NCBI GenBank assembly: GCA_052390515.1 | Contig: JBQTGV010000058.1 | Location: 27,924-91,923, forward strand | Direction: 5' to 3' | Length of the DNA stretch: 64,000 nucleotides | From: Candidatus Eiseniibacteriota bacterium | Lineage (GTDB): Bacteria > ARS69 | Shown: piece by piece, positions 1-9,361 of the stretch | Layout: every line of letters starts with the position of its first letter | Numbering within the stretch: position 1 is the first letter of the stretch | Translations under genes and position numbers: made by a program | Notes under the pieces: generated by a model | What the model was told of the DNA's origin: nothing | Database searches by the model: none | Seen by the model: only the letters and a program-made list of their open reading frames with translations

Positions 1-1435
1 TGGATCGGCTCTCCAGCTTGTGGCGGAGCCGGTAACTGCATGGAGCGCGGCTAGGTGGCTCCGTGGCTGGCTGCCCGCTTGCGTGAATAGCCCACCCGCG
101 TACACGGTCGAGTCGCTGACCGCGAGCGCCAAGACGGTGCTGTCGGCGCCCGGATCCCAGCTCGTCGCGGAGCCGGTGGCGGCGTCGAGCGCCGCGAGGT
201 GAGCCCGTTGCTGGCCGCTGATGCTGGTGAAGTGACCGCCGACGTAGACCGTCGAGCCGACTACCGCGAGTGCCGAGACGATGTTGTCAGCACCCGGATC
301 CCAGCTCGTGGCGGCGCCGGTCTCGACGTCGAGGGCCGCGATGTTGTTACGCGGTTCGCCGCCGACGCTGTTGAAGGAGCCTCCGGCGTATACCGTCGTG
401 CCGGTCGCTGCGAGCGCCAGTACGAAGCTGTCGGCATGGGGGCTCCAAGTCGTTGCAGCACCGGTCGCGGAGTCGAGCGCGGCGATGTTGCTGCGCGGCT
501 GGCCGCCCGTCGTCGTGAAGCGCCCTCCCACGTAAACCGTCGAGCCGCTCACCGCTATCGCGTGGACCACGCCGTCGGCGCCCGGGTTCCAGGTCGTGGC
601 CAGGCCGCTAGTGGTGCTGATCGCGGCGATGCTCTTTCGCGGCTGGCCACCGATGCTGCTGAAGCCGCCGCCCACGTACACCGTCGAGCCACTGACGGCG
701 AGTGCCCGGGGAAGCGGCGGGGGCCATGCGGAGGCCGCGGGATTTCAGGGGTTGACCGCACCAGTCGATGCGTCGATCGCGGCGATGCCGTTGCGCAACT
801 GGCCACCAAGCTTGGTGAAGTAGCCGCCGACGTACAACGTCGACCCGCTCACCGCGAGAGCGGTGACGTACCCCCCGCTAGTGTCAAGGTTCCAAGTGAA
901 CGAGTAGCCTTGAGTGTCTAGTGCGACGAGGTTCCGGTGTGCGTACCCCGCGATGGTGTCGAAGAACCCGCCGGCGAACACGATCTGGCCGCGCACGGCG
1001 AGCGCCATGACCTCGCGGTTGGCCCCGGGTTCCAGTCCGTCGCCGAACCGGTGACGGCGTGCACCGCGGCGACGTTGCTGCGCAGCTGACCAGCGATGCT
1101 GGTGAAGAGCCGCCCACGTACACCGTCGCGCCGCTCACCGCCAGAGCGGAGACATGGCCGCCGCTGCCGACGCCCGGGTCCCAGGCCGAGACCGAGAGGT
1201 TCGAAGCGATGTGTGCGAGGCTCGCCCGAGGCACTCTGCCGACATGAGTGAGCTGGCCGCCGATGTACCACCCCCCGGACCCGTCGGGGACCACGGCGAA
1301 CACGCTGCCCTCGACCTCCGGGAACGACGACGGCAGCAGTCCGCTGGACACGTCTATAGGCGCGCCACTTCCCGTAGCCGGTCCCACGTAGCTGAAACTC
1401 CCTCCCAAGTAGATTGTCTCCTCGCTTGCGGCGAC
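1..1435 (-). pseudogene. Decayed beta-propeller repeat protein (about 47-aa repeats 'ALAVSGSTVYVGGxF...R..IAA.D..TG.AT.W.P'); 5' end missing, runs off the left edge
   Basis: The repeat continues across three frames: 1-nt frameshifts near 1109 and 1023, and an in-frame TGA at 745-747 where other repeats have Trp (P*NP vs WNP/WDP). There is no start codon before it meets kinase sequence at about 1435. Confidence 0.8.
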
Positions 1436-2938
1436 CGGCTCGGCGAGGGGGCATTCGGCGAAGTGTTCCGTGCCTGGGACCCGAGGCTCGAGCGCGAGGT
1501 CGCCCTCAAGCTCCTCAAGGCTGCCGGCGGGAAGAGCCCGATCGCCTCGAACGTGATCGCCGAAGGCCGGCTGCTCGCCAAGCTTCGCCACCCGAACGTC
1601 GTCACCGTCCACGGCGCTGAGGTCCACGGCGAACGGGTCGGCGTCTGGATGGAGTTCGTCCGCGGGCGCTCGCTCGAGCAGATCCTCCGCGACCACGGGC
1701 CTTTCGGCGCGCGGGAGGCGGGGCTCATCGGCATCGACGTCTGCCGCGCGCTGGCGGCGGTGCACCGGGCCGGCGTCATTCACCGCGACGTCAAAGCACA
1801 GAATGCGATGCGCGAGGAAGGCGGACGCATCGTGCTGATGGACTTCGGCGCGGGAATCGAGGCGAGCGACGCCGAGAGCACGAGGAACATCTCCGGCACG
1901 CCGCTCTACATGGCGCCCGAGCTGCTTCGTGGAGAGACGGCGACGACGCGTTCGGACATCTACAGCCTGGGCGTGCTGCTTCACCGCCTGGTCAGCGGAA
2001 CGTTTCCGATCGAGGCCTCTTCCTGGAGCGAGCTCCGCCAGAAGCACGCGCGGCGGGAATCGAGACTGCTGCGCGACGAGCGCCCCGATCTACCGGAGGC
2101 GTTCGTGCGGGTGGTGGAGCGTGCCACCGCCTGGGTGCCCGAGGAGCGTTTCGCAACGGCTGGAGAGATGCAGCGCGCCTTGTCGCAGGCGCTCGGTGTC
2201 GAGGAGCACCGCGCTCGGCGGCCTCCCGGAACCCGGGTCATCGCCGGCGGCGCCGTGCTCGTGTCCGCCGCCGTCGTCGCCGTGCTGCTGATGACGGGAG
2301 ACAGACAGGATCGGACGACGACACCGACCCTGAACGAGAAGTCCGCCGCCCCCGCCGAACCCGAGGTCCCCGCGGCCTACACCGTCGAGGCGGGACTCTT
2401 CCGCGCACCGCGGGGCGGCGTGCGGGAGCGCATCGAGCCCGGGGCCCAGCTGGCGCTGGGAGACCGGCTCTCCCTCGAGATCCAGGCGTCGACGCCGCTC
2501 CACGTCTACGTCATCAACGAGGACGACGCCGGACGCGCCTTCGCCCTCTTCCCGCTGCCCGGGATCGAGCCGGGGAATCCGCTGCCGCCGAACGTGCGGC
2601 ACGTGCTGCCAGGACAGCGCGACGGGAAGAGCATGTCGTGGACCGTGGACACGCCGGGCGGCCAGGAGCACCTGATGGTGCTGGCCAGCCCCACCCGGCT
2701 GATCGAGTTCGAGGTGGAGATGAACGGCTTGGCCCGTCCCGGTCAGTCGGCGGTTTCGATCCCCGAGTCGGCGAAGAGCCGGCTGCGAGGTATCGGATCT
2801 CTCGAGGAGTCGCCCGCGGCGGTAGAGGGCCAGCCGGCGACTCGCCTCTTCGAGCTCGTCGAGCAGCTCGCCGCCGGCTCGGAAACGGTCCGCGGCGTCT
2901 GGATGCGACGCATCGACCTGGCGAACCCCCAGCGATAG
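1433..2938 (+). CDS. Ser/Thr protein kinase with TM helix and C-terminal DUF4384-like domain, apparently 5'-truncated
   Basis: GEGAFGEV, VALK, HRDVKAQN, DFG and GTPLYMAPE motifs. Upstream of the Gly-loop the ORF is just the antisense of the propeller gene, with no credible start. Confidence 0.8.
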   Translation, partial: DRLGEGAFGEVFRAWDPRLEREVALKLLKAAGGKSPIASNVIAEGRLLAKLRHPNVVTVHGAEVHGERVGVWMEFVRGRSLEQILRDHGPFGAREAGLIGIDVCRALAAVHRAGVIHRDVKAQNAMREEGGRIVLMDFGAGIEASDAESTRNISGTPLYMAPELLRGETATTRSDIYSLGVLLHRLVSGTFPIEASSWSELRQKHARRESRLLRDERPDLPEAFVRVVERATAWVPEERFATAGEMQRALSQALGVEEHRARRPPGTRVIAGGAVLVSAAVVAVLLMTGDRQDRTTTPTLNEKSAAPAEPEVPAAYTVEAGLFRAPRGGVRERIEPGAQLALGDRLSLEIQASTPLHVYVINEDDAGRAFALFPLPGIEPGNPLPPNVRHVLPGQRDGKSMSWTVDTPGGQEHLMVLASPTRLIEFEVEMNGLARPGQSAVSIPESAKSRLRGIGSLEESPAAVEGQPATRLFELVEQLAAGSETVRGVWMRRIDLANPQR

Positions 2939-3071
2939 AAGCCCCGCCCGTCTACGGCGTGTAGCGGCCCTCTCCATCAGCACGGCGAGACTCTCCCTGC
3001 CTGGTCCTGGAGCGGACGGGTTGGCGCGTCAGCGATCGCCGGGGTTCCGTGCTACGCCGAGTCGAGCTGCC

Positions 3072-4118
3072 TCACGGCGTGATGGCGACCTTGAGCACTC
3101 CGTCACGCTGGTTGGCGAAGAGCTCGTAGGCTTCCTCGATCTGGTCGAGCTTGAAGCGGTGCGTGACGAGAGGGCGAAGATCCGCGCGCCCGGACGCGAG
3201 CACGTTCATGAGCCGGCGCATTCGCTCCTTGCCGCCGGGGCAGAGCGTCGTCACCACGGTGTGGTCGCCGAGCCCGGCGGCGAACGCGTCGAGCGGCAGC
3301 GTGAGCTTGCCGGAGTACACGCCGAGGCTCGAGAGCACGCCGCCCGGCCGCAGCACGCGCAGGCAGTTCTCGAACGTCTCCTGTATCCCGAGCGCCTCGA
3401 CGGCGACGTCCACCCCGCGGCCGTCCGTGGCGTCCAGGATCGTCTTCACGGGATCGTGTTGCGTGTGATCGATGCACACGTCCGCGCCGAGCTTCCGCGA
3501 CATGGCCAGCCGCTCCGGCACCGAGTCCACCGCGAAGATCCGCGTCGCGCCCATGAGCTTCGCCCCGACCGTCGCACACAGCCCGATCGGCCCCTGCGCG
3601 AACACCGCCACGGTGTCGCCGATCTTGATCCGCCCGCTCTCCGCGCCGCCGAAGCCCGTGCTCATGATGTCCGGGCACATGAGCACCTGCTCGTCGGTCA
3701 GGTTGTCCGGGATGGCCGCGAGGTTCGCGGCCGCGTCGGGGATCAGCACGAACTCCGCCTGCGTACCGTCGATCGTGTTGCCCAGCCGCCAGCCGCCCAT
3801 CGGCTTGCCGCCGCACTGCGCCTGGCTCCCGCCGAGACACGACCCGCACTGACCGCAGGGGGTGATCGCGCCGACGACCACGCGCTGGCCGATCTCGTAG
3901 CCGGTGACGGCCTCGCCGAGCTTCTCGATCATGCCGACCGGCTCGTGGCCGACGGTCAGCCCGCGCGCGACCGGATACTCTCCCTTGAGGATGTGCACGT
4001 CGGTACCGCAGATCGTCGTCGTCGTCACGCGCAGCAATGCGTCGCGCGGACCGACTCGAGGGATGGGCTTCTCTTTCAGGACGATACGACCGGGTTCCAC
4101 GAGCACGGCGGCTTTCAT
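3072..4118 (-). CDS. Zn-dependent alcohol dehydrogenase (MDR superfamily)
   Basis: CGTD, GHE, CGQCGSC...C structural Zn site and GPIG motifs; GGAGGAG RBS. Confidence 0.93.
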   Translation of the reverse strand: MKAAVLVEPGRIVLKEKPIPRVGPRDALLRVTTTTICGTDVHILKGEYPVARGLTVGHEPVGMIEKLGEAVTGYEIGQRVVVGAITPCGQCGSCLGGSQAQCGGKPMGGWRLGNTIDGTQAEFVLIPDAAANLAAIPDNLTDEQVLMCPDIMSTGFGGAESGRIKIGDTVAVFAQGPIGLCATVGAKLMGATRIFAVDSVPERLAMSRKLGADVCIDHTQHDPVKTILDATDGRGVDVAVEALGIQETFENCLRVLRPGGVLSSLGVYSGKLTLPLDAFAAGLGDHTVVTTLCPGGKERMRRLMNVLASGRADLRPLVTHRFKLDQIEEAYELFANQRDGVLKVAITP

Positions 4119-4227
4119 CGTGCTCCTCCTTCCCGCTGAGCGTCCCTGTGAGCGAAGGGCGGCGGGAGAGGCTCAGCTACCAAGCTACGCGGGGGATGGT
4201 TCGGGGAACAGACCGTGCCAGCTCCGC

Positions 4228-4608
4228 CTACGGAGTGTAGCGGCTCTTCTCCAGGAGCACGGCCAGGCTCTCGAGCCCGATCGTGAAGGCGGAGCGGAAC
4301 GTGCCCTCGACGCCCACGTTCGCGCCGACGCGCGGTGCTCCACCCGACTCGCTGACGACGCGCAGCGTTCCCGTGCCGTCGTTCACCTGGTACGTGCCGA
4401 GCCCGAGCGCGCCCACCCCGCTCTCGACGTCGCCCACGATCCGCACCGTCTTCCCCTCGAAGCGGGAAGGATCATCGAGGAGCGTGGTGATGGGTACCCT
4501 CGGTGCGGCACAGCCGTGCAGGAGCAAAGTGCTGACGACGAGAAGCCCCGGCAGGGCGACCGACCGGCGCGTTTCCTTCGGCGAACTCTCCATGTACGTG
4601 CGCTCCAC
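4228..4608 (-). CDS. Small OB-fold lipoprotein
   Basis: Hydrophobic signal with lipobox LHGC; 'GKTVRIVGDV...YQVNDGTGTLRV' OB-fold pattern. The start may be the ATG at 4593. Confidence 0.7.
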   Translation of the reverse strand: MERTYMESSPKETRRSVALPGLLVVSTLLLHGCAAPRVPITTLLDDPSRFEGKTVRIVGDVESGVGALGLGTYQVNDGTGTLRVVSESGGAPRVGANVGVEGTFRSAFTIGLESLAVLLEKSRYTP

Positions 4609-4682
4609 ATTTCGAGGCCAGGATCACGACAACTCGAGCACATCCTACCACGACGTGTCCGGCCCGTCCCAGGCGGCTCCCG

Positions 4683-7600
4683 TCAGCGAACTGCCTCCTC
4701 CGGCTTGCCCCATGCTTCGTACAGCGCCGCCAGCCGCTCACGCGCCGCGGTTCGCCGCGCCTCCCATCGCCCGCGTGCATCCAGCCTCTCGTGGCCCTCG
4801 CGGAGCAGCGGCTCCGCCTCCGCGAAACGGCGCTGCCCGCCGACCGCTTCGCCCAGGACGCTCATCGCCTCGCCGATACGCCAGTCCGCGGCATCCAGGT
4901 GGCGCTGTCGGATCACCAGCGCCTCCCGCGCCGGGGGCTCCGCGCCTGCGTGGTCGCCGCGCCGGCACGATGCCTCCGCGAGCGCCACCAGCGCGGCGGC
5001 GACGTCCGGGTGATCGTCGCCCTGCATCCGGCGCGCGCGCTCGACGGCGCCACGCAGGAGCGTCTCCGCCTCCTCCGCTCGTCCCATCTCGCACAGGAAC
5101 CGGCCGAGGTCGACGTCTCGCAGCGCCACGTCGATGTGCTCCTCGCCGCGGATCTCCCGGACGAGCGCGCACGCCTCGCGCAGCAGCTCCTCCGCCTCCT
5201 CGTCCCGCGACGTGGCATGGAGGATCTCGGCGTACACGGCCAGGTTGCCGGGCCCAGCGCGATCGTGGCGCCCGCCCAACCTCGCCCGCCGGTCCAGCCC
5301 CTTCTTCAGCAGCCGCTCGGCCTCCACCAGGTCCCCGCGCTCCCACTGGCGCATCGCCAGAGACTGCATGGCGTAGGCTCCGTTCGGATCGCCGACGCCG
5401 AGCTTCGCGCGCAACGAAGCCAGCGAGTCGCCGGTCGCGGGCCACGCCGTTCGCCGCTGCGCTAGTTGCAGCGTCTCGCGGAACTCGCTCGAAGAGGGGA
5501 CGGCGAACACCAGCTCCTCCGCAGCGAAGAGTGCGAGCGCCCAGTCGCCGGGAGCCGCCTCCGGCGACTCCAGCATTTCCCGGACGAGCACGTTCGTCCA
5601 GACCCCTTCGCCCATCAGCTCGGTGTATGCGTGCATGTCATAGCACCTCGCCAAGGCGAACTCCGCCGCCATGTCACGCTCGATCTCGGTAAGATCGCCG
5701 CGCCCGCGGATCTCCGTTGCCGCATCCGACAGCTCCAGCCAGAAGCGGTCGTTCGCGGGCGTGATGGAGAGGTCGCGGAGGATCTGCCGGCGCACGTGTG
5801 GGCCGGCGATCTCCTCGGCGCGAGCAACCGCCGCATCGAAGAGCGCCCCGCGACGCTCGTACAGCTCCATCACCGCCGCGTCCTTCACCGGCTGCCCGTG
5901 AGCGGTGCTGCCCTCGATGCGCTTCATGACATGCGCCGGCGCCAGCTTCTCGCCCTCCAGCGCGTCGATCCACGCCACGGCGGCTTGCCGTGCCTCGCGG
6001 TGCGTCTCGCGGTCTTGCACACGCCGCTCCTCCGGCCGCGAATCGAGTACGCGGACCTCCGTCCGGCCGAGAGCCAGGCGCTCCCCGTCGGGACTGAACG
6101 CGAGCCCGGTCAGTCCGCCTTCGGCTCGACGAGCCAGCAGCTCTCGCCAGGTGGACGGCTCCCAGAAGAGGATGGAGCCGTCGACCGCTCCGGAGACGAC
6201 CCGCCTGCCGTCCGGCGACCGCACGATCCCTTCCACGCGGTCGGAGTGCGCCGCGAGAACGTCACCGAACGAGCTGCGGTCGAGATCCCACAGCGCGAGT
6301 CCGCCGGTAGCCAGACCACACACCAGCGAACCCCAATCCTCGAACAGCGCGAGCGCCGTGATGCCCGCGGAGTCCGGCGCCACGCGCGTTTCGAGCAGCG
6401 TGCCCGCGGCCGGATCCCACTCGCGCAGCGTCCCGTCCGCGCCACCCGTCCACACGCGCCGTCCATCCCTCGAGAAGGCGACGTCCTCGACGGTGCCTCG
6501 GTGCCCCCACAACTCGACGAAGCGATCGGCCTCCGGCGCGAAGACGCGGGCGAGTCCGTGATTCCCGACGACCGCGACGCGCGTGCCGTCGGGGCTCCAG
6601 GCCACGCCCCGCGGGTCGTGCCCCCAGAACACCTCCGGCGCATACGTCGTGAGTCCGCTGGCCGCGTCGAAGATCTTGAGCCGGCCCTGTTCCCAGCCGC
6701 TCGCGACGGCCACGGCGAACCGCGAGCCATCCGGGCTCATCGCCGCATCGATCACTGCATTCGAGTGGGCGTGCGTGACGGCGAACTGATACCACCCGCC
6801 TACTGTGTGCGGATCGTCGAGGTCGATGAGCGTGGCGACGCGGGGCTTGTCGAACCTCGAAAGATCGCCGACGGCGAGCAGCCCCTTCGGTGGAAGGAAA
6901 AGGAGTGGCCGCGCCATACTGCTGCGCAGGAACGCCCAATCCGGGAACAGCGGCCACTGATGCACGACGCCGCGGGCATGCACCGTCACGAGGCGGCCTG
7001 CCCCTGGGTCCCAGGCGATCGATAGGGTGGGGCTCGCTTCACCCCGAAGCTCGCCGCGCGGCTGCGGGCCGACCGGACGGTACGCGCGCAGGACCCCGTC
7101 TCGACCGGCGCCGACGAGCGCGCCGCTTCCGGCCAGATCCAGGAACGCCACGTCTCCGCCGATCAGCGCACCGTAGCCGCCGACCTTGTCGAGAGAGGTG
7201 CGCAGGTCCCAGGTCGACGTGTCGTACAGCCTCGCTTGCGAAAGACCGAGCACGGCGAGAAGCGTTCCATCGGCGGAGAAGCCGCAGGTGGTCGTCGGAC
7301 CCGTGCCCCGAAGCTCGCGCAAGATGCGGCCGGAGGGAACGTCGATCACGCACACCCTCTCCGCCTCGAGGGGCGAGACGACGAGCATCCCTCCGTCGGG
7401 GCTGAATGCGCCCCATGTGGTCGACGGGTCGAACGGAACCTCGGCGCGGCACACCTCGGCCCAGTCGCTCAGCCGGACGACGACGACGGTGCTGCTCGTG
7501 GCAAGCGCGACGTGGACACCCCCGGCGTCGAAACCCAGCAGCGACTCGTAGCTCCCGGCGGCTTCCGAGGACAGTCGTTCCTCTCCCGTGGTCAGGTCCC

Positions 7601-9158
7601 AGATCTGCACCGACCCGGGGCTGGTGGCACCGTAGGCGAGCAGCCGGCCGTCAGGACTGAAGCACAGGTTCGAAGCGAACGACTCCCATGTGGGGAACTC
7701 GTGCAGCTGCCTGCCGTCCCGTGCGTCGTACACGCGAATCGGTGCGATTCGACCGCCGGCAGCGCGCGCCGCGACGAGGCGTCCGTCCTCGCTGAGGCGC
7801 ATGCAGTAACCGTTCTTCGTCGGAGGCAGCTCCAGCGTGGTGGCCAAGCTTCGATCCGCCTCGCTCCAGAGCCACTCCCACTCGAATCCCCGCAGCTCCT
7901 CGGAGGTCGACGCGAGGTGCCGGCGCACCGCGGCGGCGTCGTTGAGATCCAGCGCCGCCGCCGCCGCCGCGAGCGACGCGGTGTACACGCGGAACTCGGC
8001 CTCCCGGCGCGCCGCCTCAGCGCGAAAGAACAGGATCGTGCTCACGATCGTCGCCGCGACGAGAACCAGGAGCACGAGTGCCGACGCGGCCACTCCCACG
8101 CGATGTCGCCGCACGAACTTCTTCGCCAGATACGCGGGACTGGGAGGAGCCGCCATCACCGGGCGGTGATCGAGGTGCCGCTGGATGTCCGCCGCCAGCT
8201 CGCTGGCCGAGTCGTAGCGGCGCGTGCGGTCCTTCTCCAGCGCCTTCATCACGATCGCGTCCAGGTCGCCGCGAAGCTGGCGATGCAAGGTCATCGGATC
8301 CGTCCGGCGGCTCTCCGCGGTGCTCGTGGACTGCCGGCCGAGCGCGCGAATGCGCGTGCTGGGCTTCGCCGGATCCCGGTCGCGGATCGTCCGGCGCATC
8401 TCATCGGTTCCCTCCTTGCGAAGGGTCGCGGAGTCGAACGGAAGCTCTCCCACCAGGAGCACGTAGAGCAGCACGCCGAGCGAGTAGACGTCGGTGCGCG
8501 TGTCGACGTCGGCGCTCGTCGGCTCGGCCTGCTCGGGGCTCATGTACTCCAGCGTTCCCACCACCGCACCGAGCTCGGTATAGAGCGTACGCTCGGTGAG
8601 CCGCTGGTCGAACGCCTTGGCGAGACCGAAGTCGATGATCTTCGGCACCGGCTTGTCGTCCTGCGCGCGCACCAGCACGTTCGAGGGCTTCAGGTCCCGG
8701 TGGATCACACCCTTCTGGTGAGCGTGCTGCACGCCTTCGCACACTCTCGTGAAGAGATCGAGGCGCTCGCGCATGGGGAGACGCTGCCGATCGCAGTAGT
8801 CGGTGATGGGCTCGCCGTCGACGTGCTCCATGGCGAAGAACGGCCGGCCCTGCTCGGTGGACCCCGCGTCGAAGACCCGGGCAATGCTGGGATGGTTCAT
8901 CAGGGCGAGCGCCTGGCGCTCCGCATCGAACCGCGCGAGGACCGACGCGGTGTCCATGCCCGCCTTGATCAGCTTGAGCGCGACGCGCCGCCGGACGGGC
9001 CGCTCTTGCTGGGCGAGCCACACCTCGCCCATGCCGCCCTCGCCGATCTTCTGGAGGAGGTGGTAGGGGCCGATCGTCATCCGGGGTACGGCGGCACCCG
9101 GCATGGTGGGGAGCTGGCTCGGGTCCAGCGTGTCATCGGGGTGGTCGGCGTCGGCCAT
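4683..9158 (-). CDS. Ser/Thr kinase with WD40 repeats and C-terminal TPRs
   Basis: [17 protein letters not shown] and [10 protein letters not shown] motifs; TM helix; WD40 repeats (AFSPDG, GH...W); TPR tail. Confidence 0.93.
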   Translation of the reverse strand: MADADHPDDTLDPSQLPTMPGAAVPRMTIGPYHLLQKIGEGGMGEVWLAQQERPVRRRVALKLIKAGMDTASVLARFDAERQALALMNHPSIARVFDAGSTEQGRPFFAMEHVDGEPITDYCDRQRLPMRERLDLFTRVCEGVQHAHQKGVIHRDLKPSNVLVRAQDDKPVPKIIDFGLAKAFDQRLTERTLYTELGAVVGTLEYMSPEQAEPTSADVDTRTDVYSLGVLLYVLLVGELPFDSATLRKEGTDEMRRTIRDRDPAKPSTRIRALGRQSTSTAESRRTDPMTLHRQLRGDLDAIVMKALEKDRTRRYDSASELAADIQRHLDHRPVMAAPPSPAYLAKKFVRRHRVGVAASALVLLVLVAATIVSTILFFRAEAARREAEFRVYTASLAAAAAALDLNDAAAVRRHLASTSEELRGFEWEWLWSEADRSLATTLELPPTKNGYCMRLSEDGRLVAARAAGGRIAPIRVYDARDGRQLHEFPTWESFASNLCFSPDGRLLAYGATSPGSVQIWDLTTGEERLSSEAAGSYESLLGFDAGGVHVALATSSTVVVVRLSDWAEVCRAEVPFDPSTTWGAFSPDGGMLVVSPLEAERVCVIDVPSGRILRELRGTGPTTTCGFSADGTLLAVLGLSQARLYDTSTWDLRTSLDKVGGYGALIGGDVAFLDLAGSGALVGAGRDGVLRAYRPVGPQPRGELRGEASPTLSIAWDPGAGRLVTVHARGVVHQWPLFPDWAFLRSSMARPLLFLPPKGLLAVGDLSRFDKPRVATLIDLDDPHTVGGWYQFAVTHAHSNAVIDAAMSPDGSRFAVAVASGWEQGRLKIFDAASGLTTYAPEVFWGHDPRGVAWSPDGTRVAVVGNHGLARVFAPEADRFVELWGHRGTVEDVAFSRDGRRVWTGGADGTLREWDPAAGTLLETRVAPDSAGITALALFEDWGSLVCGLATGGLALWDLDRSSFGDVLAAHSDRVEGIVRSPDGRRVVSGAVDGSILFWEPSTWRELLARRAEGGLTGLAFSPDGERLALGRTEVRVLDSRPEERRVQDRETHREARQAAVAWIDALEGEKLAPAHVMKRIEGSTAHGQPVKDAAVMELYERRGALFDAAVARAEEIAGPHVRRQILRDLSITPANDRFWLELSDAATEIRGRGDLTEIERDMAAEFALARCYDMHAYTELMGEGVWTNVLVREMLESPEAAPGDWALALFAAEELVFAVPSSSEFRETLQLAQRRTAWPATGDSLASLRAKLGVGDPNGAYAMQSLAMRQWERGDLVEAERLLKKGLDRRARLGGRHDRAGPGNLAVYAEILHATSRDEEAEELLREACALVREIRGEEHIDVALRDVDLGRFLCEMGRAEEAETLLRGAVERARRMQGDDHPDVAAALVALAEASCRRGDHAGAEPPAREALVIRQRHLDAADWRIGEAMSVLGEAVGGQRRFAEAEPLLREGHERLDARGRWEARRTAARERLAALYEAWGKPEEAVR

Positions 9159-9361
9159 CGGGTTCGGAGGTTACACGCTGGGGCTCGGCGGGGATAGGCG
9201 AAGCCAGGTCGAACGCCGCGCTCCCGACTTGACGCGCCGCGTGGTGGTTCGTGGGTGCTCGTGGTCCGGCTCCTTGGCAAGCCCGCGTGCCCGCGGGTCC
9301 CGGAGCTGGGCTCGGGATCCGGATTCGGAGTAGCATCACCGCCTGATCCGAGGAGCGCGCC

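Noticed and set aside
1154-1432. N-terminal extension of the 594-aa kinase ORF
   Set aside because: It is the antisense of the propeller pseudogene and has no kinase-like or RBS features.
4207-4222. TGGCACG upstream of the alcohol dehydrogenase as a sigma54 promoter
   Set aside because: The -12 GC box is absent at the required spacing.
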